A DNA stretch of 36,843 bases from an uncultured Anaerolinea sp. (GTDB lineage: Bacteria; Chloroflexota; Anaerolineae; Anaerolineales; Villigracilaceae): contig CAZJMZ010000001.1 of the NCBI GenBank assembly GCA_964547115.1, forward strand, positions 1 to 36,843, in the 5' to 3' direction. The position numbers and the translations under genes are program-made. The notes under the pieces are model-generated. The model saw nothing but the letters and a program-made list of their open reading frames with translations. It was not told the DNA's origin and searched no databases. This document shows positions 9,753 through 19,289 of this stretch, one piece after another (position 1 is the first letter of the stretch; each line of letters begins with the position of its first letter).

Positions 9753-10503
9753 ATTCGATCAACTCCTGGGCAAGCACTCGATATTGTTGTGAGCCGCGGC
9801 TGGTGGGTTTGTAGTGAGTAATGGGTATGCCGGCGATCGGACTTTCGCGCAGTTTGGTGTCGATTTCGATCACGGCGGTGAAAACGCCCTGCCCAAAGGT
9901 GGCCTGCAACTGTTCAAAGATGTTGCGGTGGGTGCGGTTACGGCGGTCCAGCAGGGTGACAAGGATGCGGTAGGCCAGCCCGGGGTTCACTTCCTGGCGA
10001 ATGCGGCGGATGGTGCCCATCATGTTGCGCAGGGCATAGGCCGAGAAGTATTCGGCCTGGGTGGGGATGATCAGCAGGTCAGCGGCGGCGAGGGCATTGA
10101 GGGTGATCGCGCCGAGGGCGGGCGGGCAATCCAACAGGATGTAATCGTAAGGGAGTGGGTTGGCCTGCAGAGCGTTGCGCAACGTGCGCAGATATTGTGT
10201 GCGCATCGGCAGGAATTGCTCGGCGGTCTCAATGCGGAAGGATGAGGGTACAAGGTCGAGGTTGCTGATCTCGGTCTTGCGAATGGCAGATGACAACGGC
10301 ACGTTCTCGATCAATACATTGGCCGAGGTAATGGTTGATTCGCCTGTCTCGAGGCCGAGTGCCAGCGATAGGTTGGCTTGCGGGTCCAGGTCGATCAGTA
10401 AAACGCGATAGTTCAACTCGGTGAGGGCTGCGCCGAGCGAGAGCGTGGAGGTTGTCTTAGCGACCCCACCTTTTTCGTTGGACATTGCAATGGTGTATGT
10501 CAT
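9715..10503 (-). CDS. Orphan ParA/Soj-family ATPase
   Basis: Deviant Walker A NEKGGVAKTT, A' LIDLDPQANLS, Walker B YDYILLDCPP. No parB in the window. Confidence 0.92.
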   Translation of the reverse strand: MTYTIAMSNEKGGVAKTTSTLSLGAALTELNYRVLLIDLDPQANLSLALGLETGESTITSANVLIENVPLSSAIRKTEISNLDLVPSSFRIETAEQFLPMRTQYLRTLRNALQANPLPYDYILLDCPPALGAITLNALAAADLLIIPTQAEYFSAYALRNMMGTIRRIRQEVNPGLAYRILVTLLDRRNRTHRNIFEQLQATFGQGVFTAVIEIDTKLRESPIAGIPITHYKPTSRGSQQYRVLAQELIEYAKEEANRQTTR

Positions 10504-12428
10504 GGTTTCACCTGCTTGTTCTCATTACTTTTGTTTTGCGGTGCGATCTCCACGCGGCTGGCACCCAGGGCGGTGCGCAATTCATCCATGGCGGTCTGAA
10601 TCATGGCTTGGGGGTCGTTGTGGCTGCGGATCTTGCTGGTGATCTCAGCGACCAGTCGTTCACGTTCGGCGCGGCTGGTGGTTTCATCGAACAGGCGCGC
10701 ATTTTCGGCCGCGAGGGCCACGCGCTCGGCCACCGCGCGAATGATATCCAACTGATCTGGATTCCACGGTGCGTCTGTGGGAGCCTGGACGATCAAGCTG
10801 CCCAGGACTTCTCCACGAATCGCGATCGGAACCACGGTTCGGCCTGCCCCGGTTTCCCCGGGCTGCTGCTCCTCTGCGACAGGTCGGGGAAGCTTGATAG
10901 GCTCGTTCAGCGGAGTGGCGCCAGTGATATTGTAACGGTAGCCGCGCAGTTTGATCTTTTCGGGTAACCGTGACCAAGCCTCACGCATGGTGCGGCGGGT
11001 GATCAGTTCGGATTCGGCGAGGGCGCGGCGGGTCTCATCGAAGAGGCGTGCATTTTCGATGGCGAGACTCACCTGGTCGGCGAGCAGGCTGAGCATTTGC
11101 ACATCTTCGTCTGAGAAGGCGCCGATCTCGATACTTTGCACATCGAGCACGCCTACAATGATATTCTTTGAGATGAGCGGCAAACCCATTTCAGAGTGGG
11201 TGTCGGGCAGGTCGGGATTGTTGAAGAAGGTGGCATCGGTGCCCACATCCATGGCGATGCGGGGTTTGGCATTCTGGGCCACATTGCCCACGATACCTTC
11301 TGCGCCCACGCGCAGGCGGTGTTTGCGTTCGAGCATGCGCTGGCCGCCGATGCTGTTGGCTGCGCTGAGCACAGCGAACTCGCTGATCTCATCGAGCAGA
11401 AAGATGCCGACGTGATAGAAGCCGAACTTTTCGCTGATCACCCTGGTGACCCGTGGCAGCAGTTCGTTCAAGTCACGAATGGCGGTGATGCTTTGGGTCA
11501 CCTGCGCCAGGGCTTCGAACTGGGCGGCGCGGCGCTGGATGCGGATATTGGCTGTTTCAAGTTCCTGCGTACGGAACTCAAGATCGCTGGTACGGTCGGC
11601 CACACGCTTTTCGAGACCAGAGATTGAACTTTGCAATTCGCTGGCCATACTGTTGAAAGTGGCTGCCAGTTCTTCAACTTCATCGCCTGTTACGATCTCA
11701 ATGCGCTGACTTAGATCGCCGGTGGCAAATCCTTTTGCGCCTGCTGTTAATTTGACGATCGGCTCGGTCAGGGTGTTACCGGCCACATACCCGAAGAATA
11801 GACCAGGGATGAGGGCAAAAATGATAACCAGGATGGATTGTGAAACTATGGCGTCCTGCTGTGATGCAATGCTGTTCGCGGACACATCCACGCCCAAAAC
11901 ACCAACAAGTTCGTTGTTGCTGTTCTTGATCGGAGCATAAGCTGTCAGATAAGTCTGGTTGCTTTCAGTGATGATGGCGGGCTCCACGACACCCTCGCTT
12001 AAAGTTGCCGTATTGGCAGTGAACGTGTCGGTGGGTGTAAAAGTTGCGCCGAGGATACTATTGCCGCTGGTGTCGACAATATAGCTGAAACCAGTATCCT
12101 CCCGGCGCAGGGCGTAAACGCGCAAAATGTCTGTATTGCTGGTTGGCAGTTTAGTGAATTGAGCGAGCAGGGTGGCGTAGCGTGGATCATCAACGGAGGC
12201 GATTTGGGAAAGCTCATTACCGTTCTGCTGCAGTGCAACCATTTTTGCAGTGGTCAAAGCCTGGTCTTGAAATCCGCGCAGCAGCTGGCTTTGCAGATTG
12301 AGATAGATACCACGTGCTGTTAACGCTGAGACCGTGGCGGAAAGCAGCGTGAAACCAATCACCAACTTGGCGCGCAGGCTGAGTGCTCGCCGTTGGGTCT
12401 TTACAGGGGTAGGAGTGTCATTCACCAT
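10500..12428 (-). CDS. Membrane receptor 10: TM, Cache-like sensor, TM, HAMP, GAF, split-GAF tail
   Basis: Two TMs flanking YLTAYAPIK..VGVLGVDVS; HAMP (EPI...GDLSQRI...DEVEELAATFNSM); GAF FYHVGIFLLD...NPDLPDTHSE. No catalytic domain. Confidence 0.88.
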   Translation of the reverse strand: MVNDTPTPVKTQRRALSLRAKLVIGFTLLSATVSALTARGIYLNLQSQLLRGFQDQALTTAKMVALQQNGNELSQIASVDDPRYATLLAQFTKLPTSNTDILRVYALRREDTGFSYIVDTSGNSILGATFTPTDTFTANTATLSEGVVEPAIITESNQTYLTAYAPIKNSNNELVGVLGVDVSANSIASQQDAIVSQSILVIIFALIPGLFFGYVAGNTLTEPIVKLTAGAKGFATGDLSQRIEIVTGDEVEELAATFNSMASELQSSISGLEKRVADRTSDLEFRTQELETANIRIQRRAAQFEALAQVTQSITAIRDLNELLPRVTRVISEKFGFYHVGIFLLDEISEFAVLSAANSIGGQRMLERKHRLRVGAEGIVGNVAQNAKPRIAMDVGTDATFFNNPDLPDTHSEMGLPLISKNIIVGVLDVQSIEIGAFSDEDVQMLSLLADQVSLAIENARLFDETRRALAESELITRRTMREAWSRLPEKIKLRGYRYNITGATPLNEPIKLPRPVAEEQQPGETGAGRTVVPIAIRGEVLGSLIVQAPTDAPWNPDQLDIIRAVAERVALAAENARLFDETTSRAERERLVAEITSKIRSHNDPQAMIQTAMDELRTALGASRVEIAPQNKSNENKQVKP

Positions 12429-12434
12429 GAGCCT

Positions 12435-15251
12435 CTAATTCTCCTGTTGGCCTTCAAATTGGATGATGACTTCAGACCCGGGCAGTGCGCGCCCTAATTC
12501 CTCGACGGCCACTTGTAGCACGTTGCGCATATTGATGGATGCGCCGATCTTGGCAGACATTTCACCGATGCGCGCTTCCTTGGCGGCGCGGCGTTGTGAT
12601 TCTTGCAGAAGGCGGGCATTATCCAAAGCCAGCGCCAAGCGGTCTGACACGGCCTGGGCCAAACTGATCTCATCGGGATTCCAGCGGCGGTGCTTGGGGG
12701 CCCTGATGTTGAGCACGCCGATGGTCTGGCCGCGCAAGCGTACCGGGATGGCCATAACGGGGAGATTCTTGCCATTCTCACGGCCATCCACCACTACAAC
12801 CGTGCCCTTTTCGAGCGCCTGTTGAATCTCGTCTGTTTGCTGGGGCTTATCAAGAACCTTGCCGCCGATCAGCGATTGGCGATAGCCGATGTGCGAACCC
12901 TGTTTCAAGAAGGTGTTCCATTCGGTTTTGAGGAACTGATTGAAGAGCGCTTCGGCTTCTTCGCGAGCTTGGCGGGTCTGGCCGAAGAGACGAGCGTTCT
13001 CGATGGCGATGGCGATCTGGTCGGCAAGGATACCAAGGGTATTGGCATCGGCCTCCGTGAAGATGCCGGGTTTGATGGATTGTACGTCCAGCACGCCAAT
13101 CGTCTCGCCACTGAAGTTAAGCGGCAGAGCCATTTCGGAGCGGGTGTCAGGGAGGTCGGGGTTGTCGAAGAAAGCCGCATCAGACCCCACGTCCAAAGCG
13201 ATGCGCGGCTTGCCCGTTTGGGAGACGGTACCCACGAGGCCGGTCCCTACTTCGAGGCGGTGTCCACGGGCGAGCATTTTGCGTCCACCTTCGCTGTTGG
13301 CCGCTTGCAGGACGGCAAATTGTTTGGTGTCGTCTACAAAGAAGATGCCCACGTGATAAAAATCGAAGCGTTCGCTCACGAGGCGGGTGATGAGCGGGAG
13401 CAGGATGTCAAGCCGCTGTTCGGTGGAGATGGTGCGGGATAGTTCACTGATGCTTTGCAGGTCTTGAGCGCGGCGTTCACTAATGAGGCGGGCAAGTTCC
13501 ACATCGGCGGTTCGTTCTTTCACGCGTCGTTCGAGGCTGTTCAAGGTATCTTGCAACTGGCTGGTCATGGAGTTGAAAGTCTGTGCCAAAGCGCCGATCT
13601 CATCGTTGGTTTCGATGCCGGAACGTTGCGACAGATCTCCAGCAGCGATGGCGCGCACTGTGCTGCCGAGGTTGACGATGGGCGCGAGGATCCATTGAGA
13701 GGCCAGATACCCCAGCAAAGCTGTGACGAATAACATGGCCAGCGAGATCAAGGTGGTGGTGCGCGTCTGGTTGTTGGCGGTGGACAGCGCTTCATTGACG
13801 TCCTGATGGACGATGATATTCCAACCGAGACCGGCAATGGCCAGTTGAACGGGGTCGTTCAAGTCGGTTGCTTCAACAAGAGGGATCTGGCTTACCAAAC
13901 TTTGGATGCCCTGATAGGTAAATTGGCTGTAAGTGTTGGCAGCCGATTCAAGAGCAGTGATCTCGGCAGGCTGAAGCGGGGTGCCGTTGAGCAGGTTGGT
14001 TTCGTCCAACCGCAAGTCTACTTTACCGGTGGTTCCGAACTGTTCGCCTTGCAACAGGTTGATGAAGTTTTCAGCATTCAGTGTGGTGCGCAACACGCCA
14101 ACCACTGTATTGCGGTCATAAACCGGGACGGCGATGTTGATGGCATAAGTCTGGCTACTTTCGTCGAATTCCGGCTGGCCAATGTAAATGTTGCCTTCGC
14201 CGTTATTGAAGGCGGCTCTCCACCAGTCCTCATCACCCTGGTAATAGTCGGAGGTGCGGTTGGTGGCGGCGATATTGGCGCCGTACACATCAGTTACGAA
14301 GAGCTCCGCATTGTCAGGAGAAAGGTTTTGGAACCTTCGAAGATTGGAAGCAGTGGGATTGTTCAAGATCAAGTCCACCTGGCTGGTGATTCCAGTGGAT
14401 TCGACCCATTGTTTATCGAGTAGGGCAATATCCGTGAGAATCTCGGTGAGCGACCCGGTGTATCTTCGGTTTTCAGCTGAAACTGCGCCTGTGAGGGATT
14501 GCGCAAGAGTTTCCAACAGGCGCACCTCAAAGTCCAGGTTTTGGACGACCTCTGCGGCGGAGCCCCGGGCGCGTTGTATTACGCCGGTACCTACTTGTTG
14601 ATTCAGTTCGGAACGGATGATAATGTTGTTGATGGTTGAGACCGTGCCAATGGCCACGGAGGCAATGATCAGGAACAGCACGATCAATTTGGCGCGAAAG
14701 GCGTACCCGGAGAACTCGCGGGCGAAATAGTAGATGAATATCACGAGGCCCGCTACGGCAACAACAGGAATGTAGACGCGCAGGAGCGGGATATCGAGCC
14801 GTGGAAGGACTGGAAATGCATCCAACAAAATGATGCCGATACCCAGGATCAGACCGGCCAGTAGCGCGCGGTTGAAGTGCGGCTGGATCAACGTAAGGGC
14901 CGCGATGAGAAAGATCCCTAAAAAGCCACCGGCGCCCAACACCAGGCCAATGCCGGAAATCAGTGTCGTGGCAAACGGGAAAAGCAGGAACATGCCGCTG
15001 ATCATCAGGGTGGCGGCTGCATTAGTCCTGCTTTGGCGGCTGAGGAAAAGTGCGGTGAAGTTCAATAAAGTAACCAGCGCAGTGATGCCGCCAAGCACAC
15101 CTAATTGCCAGTTCCTGGTCTGTTGGAACAGATATAGATACAACCCAGTTGTGCCCAGGAAGACCACAGCTAGAATGGCCGCCAGCCTGAAGGCATTGGC
15201 GGTGCGTGTCTCTGCACCGGGGTTCAGTTGGTGGGATGACAAGGTACTCAT
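12435..15251 (-). CDS. Membrane receptor 9: multi-TM, dCache-like sensor, TM, HAMP, GAF, split-GAF tail
   Basis: About 6 N-terminal TMs; Cache-like ELFVTDVYG..TSDYYQGDEDWW..IAVPV; HAMP DEIGALAQTFNSM; conserved GAF with NPDLPDTRSE. Confidence 0.88.
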   Translation of the reverse strand: MSTLSSHQLNPGAETRTANAFRLAAILAVVFLGTTGLYLYLFQQTRNWQLGVLGGITALVTLLNFTALFLSRQSRTNAAATLMISGMFLLFPFATTLISGIGLVLGAGGFLGIFLIAALTLIQPHFNRALLAGLILGIGIILLDAFPVLPRLDIPLLRVYIPVVAVAGLVIFIYYFAREFSGYAFRAKLIVLFLIIASVAIGTVSTINNIIIRSELNQQVGTGVIQRARGSAAEVVQNLDFEVRLLETLAQSLTGAVSAENRRYTGSLTEILTDIALLDKQWVESTGITSQVDLILNNPTASNLRRFQNLSPDNAELFVTDVYGANIAATNRTSDYYQGDEDWWRAAFNNGEGNIYIGQPEFDESSQTYAINIAVPVYDRNTVVGVLRTTLNAENFINLLQGEQFGTTGKVDLRLDETNLLNGTPLQPAEITALESAANTYSQFTYQGIQSLVSQIPLVEATDLNDPVQLAIAGLGWNIIVHQDVNEALSTANNQTRTTTLISLAMLFVTALLGYLASQWILAPIVNLGSTVRAIAAGDLSQRSGIETNDEIGALAQTFNSMTSQLQDTLNSLERRVKERTADVELARLISERRAQDLQSISELSRTISTEQRLDILLPLITRLVSERFDFYHVGIFFVDDTKQFAVLQAANSEGGRKMLARGHRLEVGTGLVGTVSQTGKPRIALDVGSDAAFFDNPDLPDTRSEMALPLNFSGETIGVLDVQSIKPGIFTEADANTLGILADQIAIAIENARLFGQTRQAREEAEALFNQFLKTEWNTFLKQGSHIGYRQSLIGGKVLDKPQQTDEIQQALEKGTVVVVDGRENGKNLPVMAIPVRLRGQTIGVLNIRAPKHRRWNPDEISLAQAVSDRLALALDNARLLQESQRRAAKEARIGEMSAKIGASINMRNVLQVAVEELGRALPGSEVIIQFEGQQEN

Positions 15252-15263
15252 AAGGTCTTCTCT

Positions 15264-17567
15264 TTAGGCTTCCTCAGATTTGAGCCAGGCGTCGGGTTGG
15301 AGTTGCACCAGCACCTCAGACCCGCCCAGGGCGCGGCTAAGTTCTTCAGCAGCAGTTTGGAGGATGGAGTCGAACTGGCTGGTGGTGCCGATGCGTGTGG
15401 AAATTTCGGCCGTCAGGCGTTCGATCTCGGCGCGCCGTTGGGTGGCTTTGAGCAGGAGCGATGCTTCGAGGGACAGAGATAAGCGTTCAGCAACGGCCTC
15501 TGCCAGGTCCACATCATCCTGGTCCCAGTTATGTTCGTCAGGTACTTGAATATCGAGCACACCAATCACCCGGTCGCGCAGGCGGATGGGAACGACCAAT
15601 GTGGCCTTCTCGCCATCCTTTTGAACGGTGGATTTCAATGCCAGCGCCTTGTGGACCTGTTCAGACCCCAGCGGTTTAGCCAAGGGAGTCAACTTCGATT
15701 CAGAGGCCTGATAACCCAGCACGGCCGCCTGTTCCTGGGTCAGCGTGCGCCAGGACTCTTGCAACAAGGAACTGGAGGTGCGCCGCGCTTCTGTTAGCAG
15801 GCTTTGCAGGGATTCGTACGTCCGTGCGTTTTGGATGGCGATGGCCACCTGGTCTGCCAATGTGGCGAGGGTATCGATATCCTCCTCCTGGAAGGCATTG
15901 GATTCGATACTTTGTACATCCAGCACGCCAATGATGACCCCGGCCACACGGAGGGGCAGGGCCATTTCGGAGCGGGTGTTCGGGAGGTCGGGATTGTTGA
16001 AGAAAACCGCATCTGACCCCACGTCAAGAGCGATGCGGGTCTTTCCGGTGGCTGAGACGTATCCCACGATGCCGCTCTGACCCACACCGAGCTTGTGTTC
16101 GCGTTCGACCATCCGCCTGCCGCCCGCGCTATTAGAAGCCACCAGGACGGCGTATGTGCGCGGTTCGTCGAGCAGGAAGATGCCCACATGATAGAAGCCG
16201 AGCTTTTCACTGATGTTCTGGGCGATAAGCGGCAACAGGGTGCCCAGGCGTTGTTCACTTGAGATGATCTTTGAGATCTCTCCGATCACTTGCAGGTCCT
16301 GCGTGCGTTTCTCGCTTTGGGCGAGTGCCCGGTCTCTTTCTGTGGAGCGCATCACTAATTCGCGTTGCTCCCTTTCAAGATCTATGGCCATTTGGTTGAA
16401 CGCGGCGCCTACCTGGCCAATCTCTCCGGCTGCATCGGTTGCCACCCGGGTGTTCAACTGACCGAGCGAGAGTTGGCGTGTAGCCTCGGCCAATTGGGTC
16501 AACGGTTCGCTGATCGAACGCATGACCGACTGGCCGATGGAAAATGCCACTACCACACTGGCTACAGCGATCATGGAGTAGTACACCAGTTGGTTCGAAA
16601 GCCGGCTGGCGCGGTTCTCAATGCCTCTTTCAAGTGTTGCTGAGGTGGCTGAGTACAGGTTGCCGTCCGAATCATGGACTTTCGCATATTGAGCCTGCAC
16701 GAGTAACCCCAGGGCCTGTACCGAACTTTTGTTGATGTCAGTATTCAATACATCGTTCTTGATGATCTTGGTGAAGGCCAATAATTCTTTTTCATAGGCA
16801 GCCAACGCCCCGCTGATCAAGAAATCCACCGGAACGTTCGTGTCATTTTGGGCGGCCACGGTGATGTTGCGCTTCATGGTGTCCAGGTTGGCTTCCAGGC
16901 GCCCTGCCAGAATCGATAATTGGATCTGGTCTTCTTCAGTCAACTCTTTGCGATACACCGCTTCTTCCACGATTCGCCAGGCTTCGAACGATAGCTCCTG
17001 GTTGTCCGGCAGTTTCAGCAGGACCGTGTCCATCAGATAATAGGTATCCAGGTCTGGGTCCAGGATCAGGTTGGATGTATCTCCGACCTTCAGACTTAAT
17101 GCGGTCAGGGTCTCGGAGAACTGCCTTTGATTGCTCTTGAAACTCTCCACATCACCGGCGCTGACCGCCTCTTTTGTTTGTTGCCATAGAACGCGCAATG
17201 CCGTGGGCTCAGACCCCAGCCCCAGCATGGTCTGTTGCTGCGTATCGAATTGTTCGAGCGCCGCCAGATCATCTTCAACCGCTTGCTCCGTATTGACCAC
17301 GGTTTCAAGCTTTGTGCTACCAAAGAAGTAATCATACGAATTAGCCGTGTGCGTCTTCGAGTCTTCTGAGAGGCGCCACAGGATGCGTATATACTGTGCG
17401 CCCACGGCTTCCTTTGTTCCGTACCGATCGATCCGATCAACCTGGCTGATAAAGAAAGGCACAAAGGCCAGCACCGGCGCCACGAAGATCACCGTGATGA
17501 TGGAAAATTTTTGCGAGTAGGTCAGCCGGTTGAACCATTGGTAGACGTTCTTGAATATGGCCGTCAT
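15264..17567 (-). CDS. Membrane receptor 8: TM, large helical extracytoplasmic sensor, TM, HAMP, GAF, split-GAF tail
   Basis: About 285 aa helical region with SNLILDPDLDTYYLMD between two TMs; HAMP GEIGQVGAAFNQM; conserved GAF with NPDLPNTRSE. Confidence 0.88.
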   Translation of the reverse strand: MTAIFKNVYQWFNRLTYSQKFSIITVIFVAPVLAFVPFFISQVDRIDRYGTKEAVGAQYIRILWRLSEDSKTHTANSYDYFFGSTKLETVVNTEQAVEDDLAALEQFDTQQQTMLGLGSEPTALRVLWQQTKEAVSAGDVESFKSNQRQFSETLTALSLKVGDTSNLILDPDLDTYYLMDTVLLKLPDNQELSFEAWRIVEEAVYRKELTEEDQIQLSILAGRLEANLDTMKRNITVAAQNDTNVPVDFLISGALAAYEKELLAFTKIIKNDVLNTDINKSSVQALGLLVQAQYAKVHDSDGNLYSATSATLERGIENRASRLSNQLVYYSMIAVASVVVAFSIGQSVMRSISEPLTQLAEATRQLSLGQLNTRVATDAAGEIGQVGAAFNQMAIDLEREQRELVMRSTERDRALAQSEKRTQDLQVIGEISKIISSEQRLGTLLPLIAQNISEKLGFYHVGIFLLDEPRTYAVLVASNSAGGRRMVEREHKLGVGQSGIVGYVSATGKTRIALDVGSDAVFFNNPDLPNTRSEMALPLRVAGVIIGVLDVQSIESNAFQEEDIDTLATLADQVAIAIQNARTYESLQSLLTEARRTSSSLLQESWRTLTQEQAAVLGYQASESKLTPLAKPLGSEQVHKALALKSTVQKDGEKATLVVPIRLRDRVIGVLDIQVPDEHNWDQDDVDLAEAVAERLSLSLEASLLLKATQRRAEIERLTAEISTRIGTTSQFDSILQTAAEELSRALGGSEVLVQLQPDAWLKSEEA

Positions 17568-19289
17568 CTACTCACGCTCCTCATCGTTCAGCAACTGCAC
17601 AGCCACCTGCATGCCCGGCAAACTGCGGCTGAGTTCCTGCGCGGCAGTCTTGAGCAGATCGTCGATTTCGCTCTGCGTGCTGATCCGTGCCGAGATCTCG
17701 CCGATGGCCCGTTCTTTGGCGGCCAACTTCTGGCTTTCAGTGAGTAGACGCGCATTTTCCATCGCGATCGCCGAACGCTCGATGATCGCATTGACAATAT
17801 CCAACTCATCCTGATCCCACTGACGATTCTCCGGCGAACGGACGTTGACCGACCCGATCACCTCGCCGCGTAATCGTACCGGCAGCGCCAAAACCGCGCC
17901 TCGGCCTTTCGGTTTGAATTGCTCCTGCTCCGAAGAACTGGTTTCACCATCCGTGCCTTTTTTGCCGTATAACAAAGTAGCCCGTGCGCCCGTATGGCGG
18001 ATACCCTCCAGCCGTTCGCGGCGCGTGAACCGACTCCAGCCTGATTCCACGAACTGCCGCGATAACGCCTCCGACTCAGCCAACGCCCGGCGCGTTTCTT
18101 CGTATTGGCGGGCGTTCTGGATCGCAATGCTGACCTGGTCGGCCAGCGTGCCTAGGTTGCGAATATCTTCCTGATCGAAGGCGTTCGCCTCGGTACTTTG
18201 CACATCCAATGCGCCAATCACTTCACTGCCAGCCATCAGCGGCAGGGTCAAAGCCGAACGGGTCTCGGGCAGGTCGGGGTTGTTGAAGAAGACCGCGTCT
18301 GCTCCCGTATCCAAGGCCACCCGCGGCCGCCCTGTGTTGGTGGTGAAACCCACCATGCCCGTCTCGCCAACCTTCAAGCGATGGCCGCGTGCCAGCATCC
18401 GGCGGCCGCCGTCGCTGTTCGTGCCGCTCAACACCGCATACTCGCGGGCCGTATCCAGCAGGAAGATGCCCACATGATAAAAGCCGAACTCGCGGTTCAA
18501 CACTTCAGGGATCTGCGCCAACAGCGTATCGATATCGCGGGTGGAACTGATGGCGCGTGCCACCTGCGCAATGGCTTCAAGCTGGCGGGCGCGCCGCACA
18601 TTGCGCTGATTGGCCTGCTCCAATTCAGTTGTACGGCTGATAACGCGATTTTCCAAATTCAAATTCAGGTTTTGAAGTTCTATATTCGATTGTTGCAGAC
18701 TGGCTTCGCTTTTTTGAGCGCGGGCGATCGCATCACGCAAGCTGGTGGTGCTGATGTAAACCAGGGCGGCGATCACGGCGAATAACAGGGTCAGATCGCG
18801 CGAGAAATTCTCCGGGTCTTGAAAACGCGGGGTGATCAAATTTTTGACTTCCAAATATGTGAGTACCTGAATCATCAAAATGCTTGCCAGGATCACCAAG
18901 ACGCCTGCCCGGCCACTGACTACAAAACTTGCCAGCAGTGCGACTGCAATATAAGCGATCACCACCACATCTCTCACGCCATCCTTGCTGTATGCCTGAA
19001 AAGTAAGGCCAACCCAGCCAACGGTGATAATCAGCAAGCCGCTCCAGTTGAGCTGTTTGCGGCGCAGGAGCCCCAGCGCCAGCAGATGAATGACGATCAA
19101 CACTGTAAGAACAGCGTCCGTGACATCCGTGACGCTAAACACTATTCTTCCGTCAGCAAACACCACCAACGATAAGGCTACGATCACCACCCATGCAAAA
19201 CCATTAATGAACCTTGCGCGGAAGTTGTCTTCATCCCGTTCGAAGGTGGGGGGACCGAAAACCTTGTTGCCTAAAGCTCGCATACTCAT
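17568..19289 (-). CDS. Membrane receptor 7: about 6-TM integral sensor, coiled coil, GAF, split-GAF tail
   Basis: Hydrophobic N-terminal 180 aa; LENRVISRTTEL helix; GAF FYHVGIFLLD..NPDLPETRS. Confidence 0.87.
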   Translation of the reverse strand: MSMRALGNKVFGPPTFERDEDNFRARFINGFAWVVIVALSLVVFADGRIVFSVTDVTDAVLTVLIVIHLLALGLLRRKQLNWSGLLIITVGWVGLTFQAYSKDGVRDVVVIAYIAVALLASFVVSGRAGVLVILASILMIQVLTYLEVKNLITPRFQDPENFSRDLTLLFAVIAALVYISTTSLRDAIARAQKSEASLQQSNIELQNLNLNLENRVISRTTELEQANQRNVRRARQLEAIAQVARAISSTRDIDTLLAQIPEVLNREFGFYHVGIFLLDTAREYAVLSGTNSDGGRRMLARGHRLKVGETGMVGFTTNTGRPRVALDTGADAVFFNNPDLPETRSALTLPLMAGSEVIGALDVQSTEANAFDQEDIRNLGTLADQVSIAIQNARQYEETRRALAESEALSRQFVESGWSRFTRRERLEGIRHTGARATLLYGKKGTDGETSSSEQEQFKPKGRGAVLALPVRLRGEVIGSVNVRSPENRQWDQDELDIVNAIIERSAIAMENARLLTESQKLAAKERAIGEISARISTQSEIDDLLKTAAQELSRSLPGMQVAVQLLNDEERE

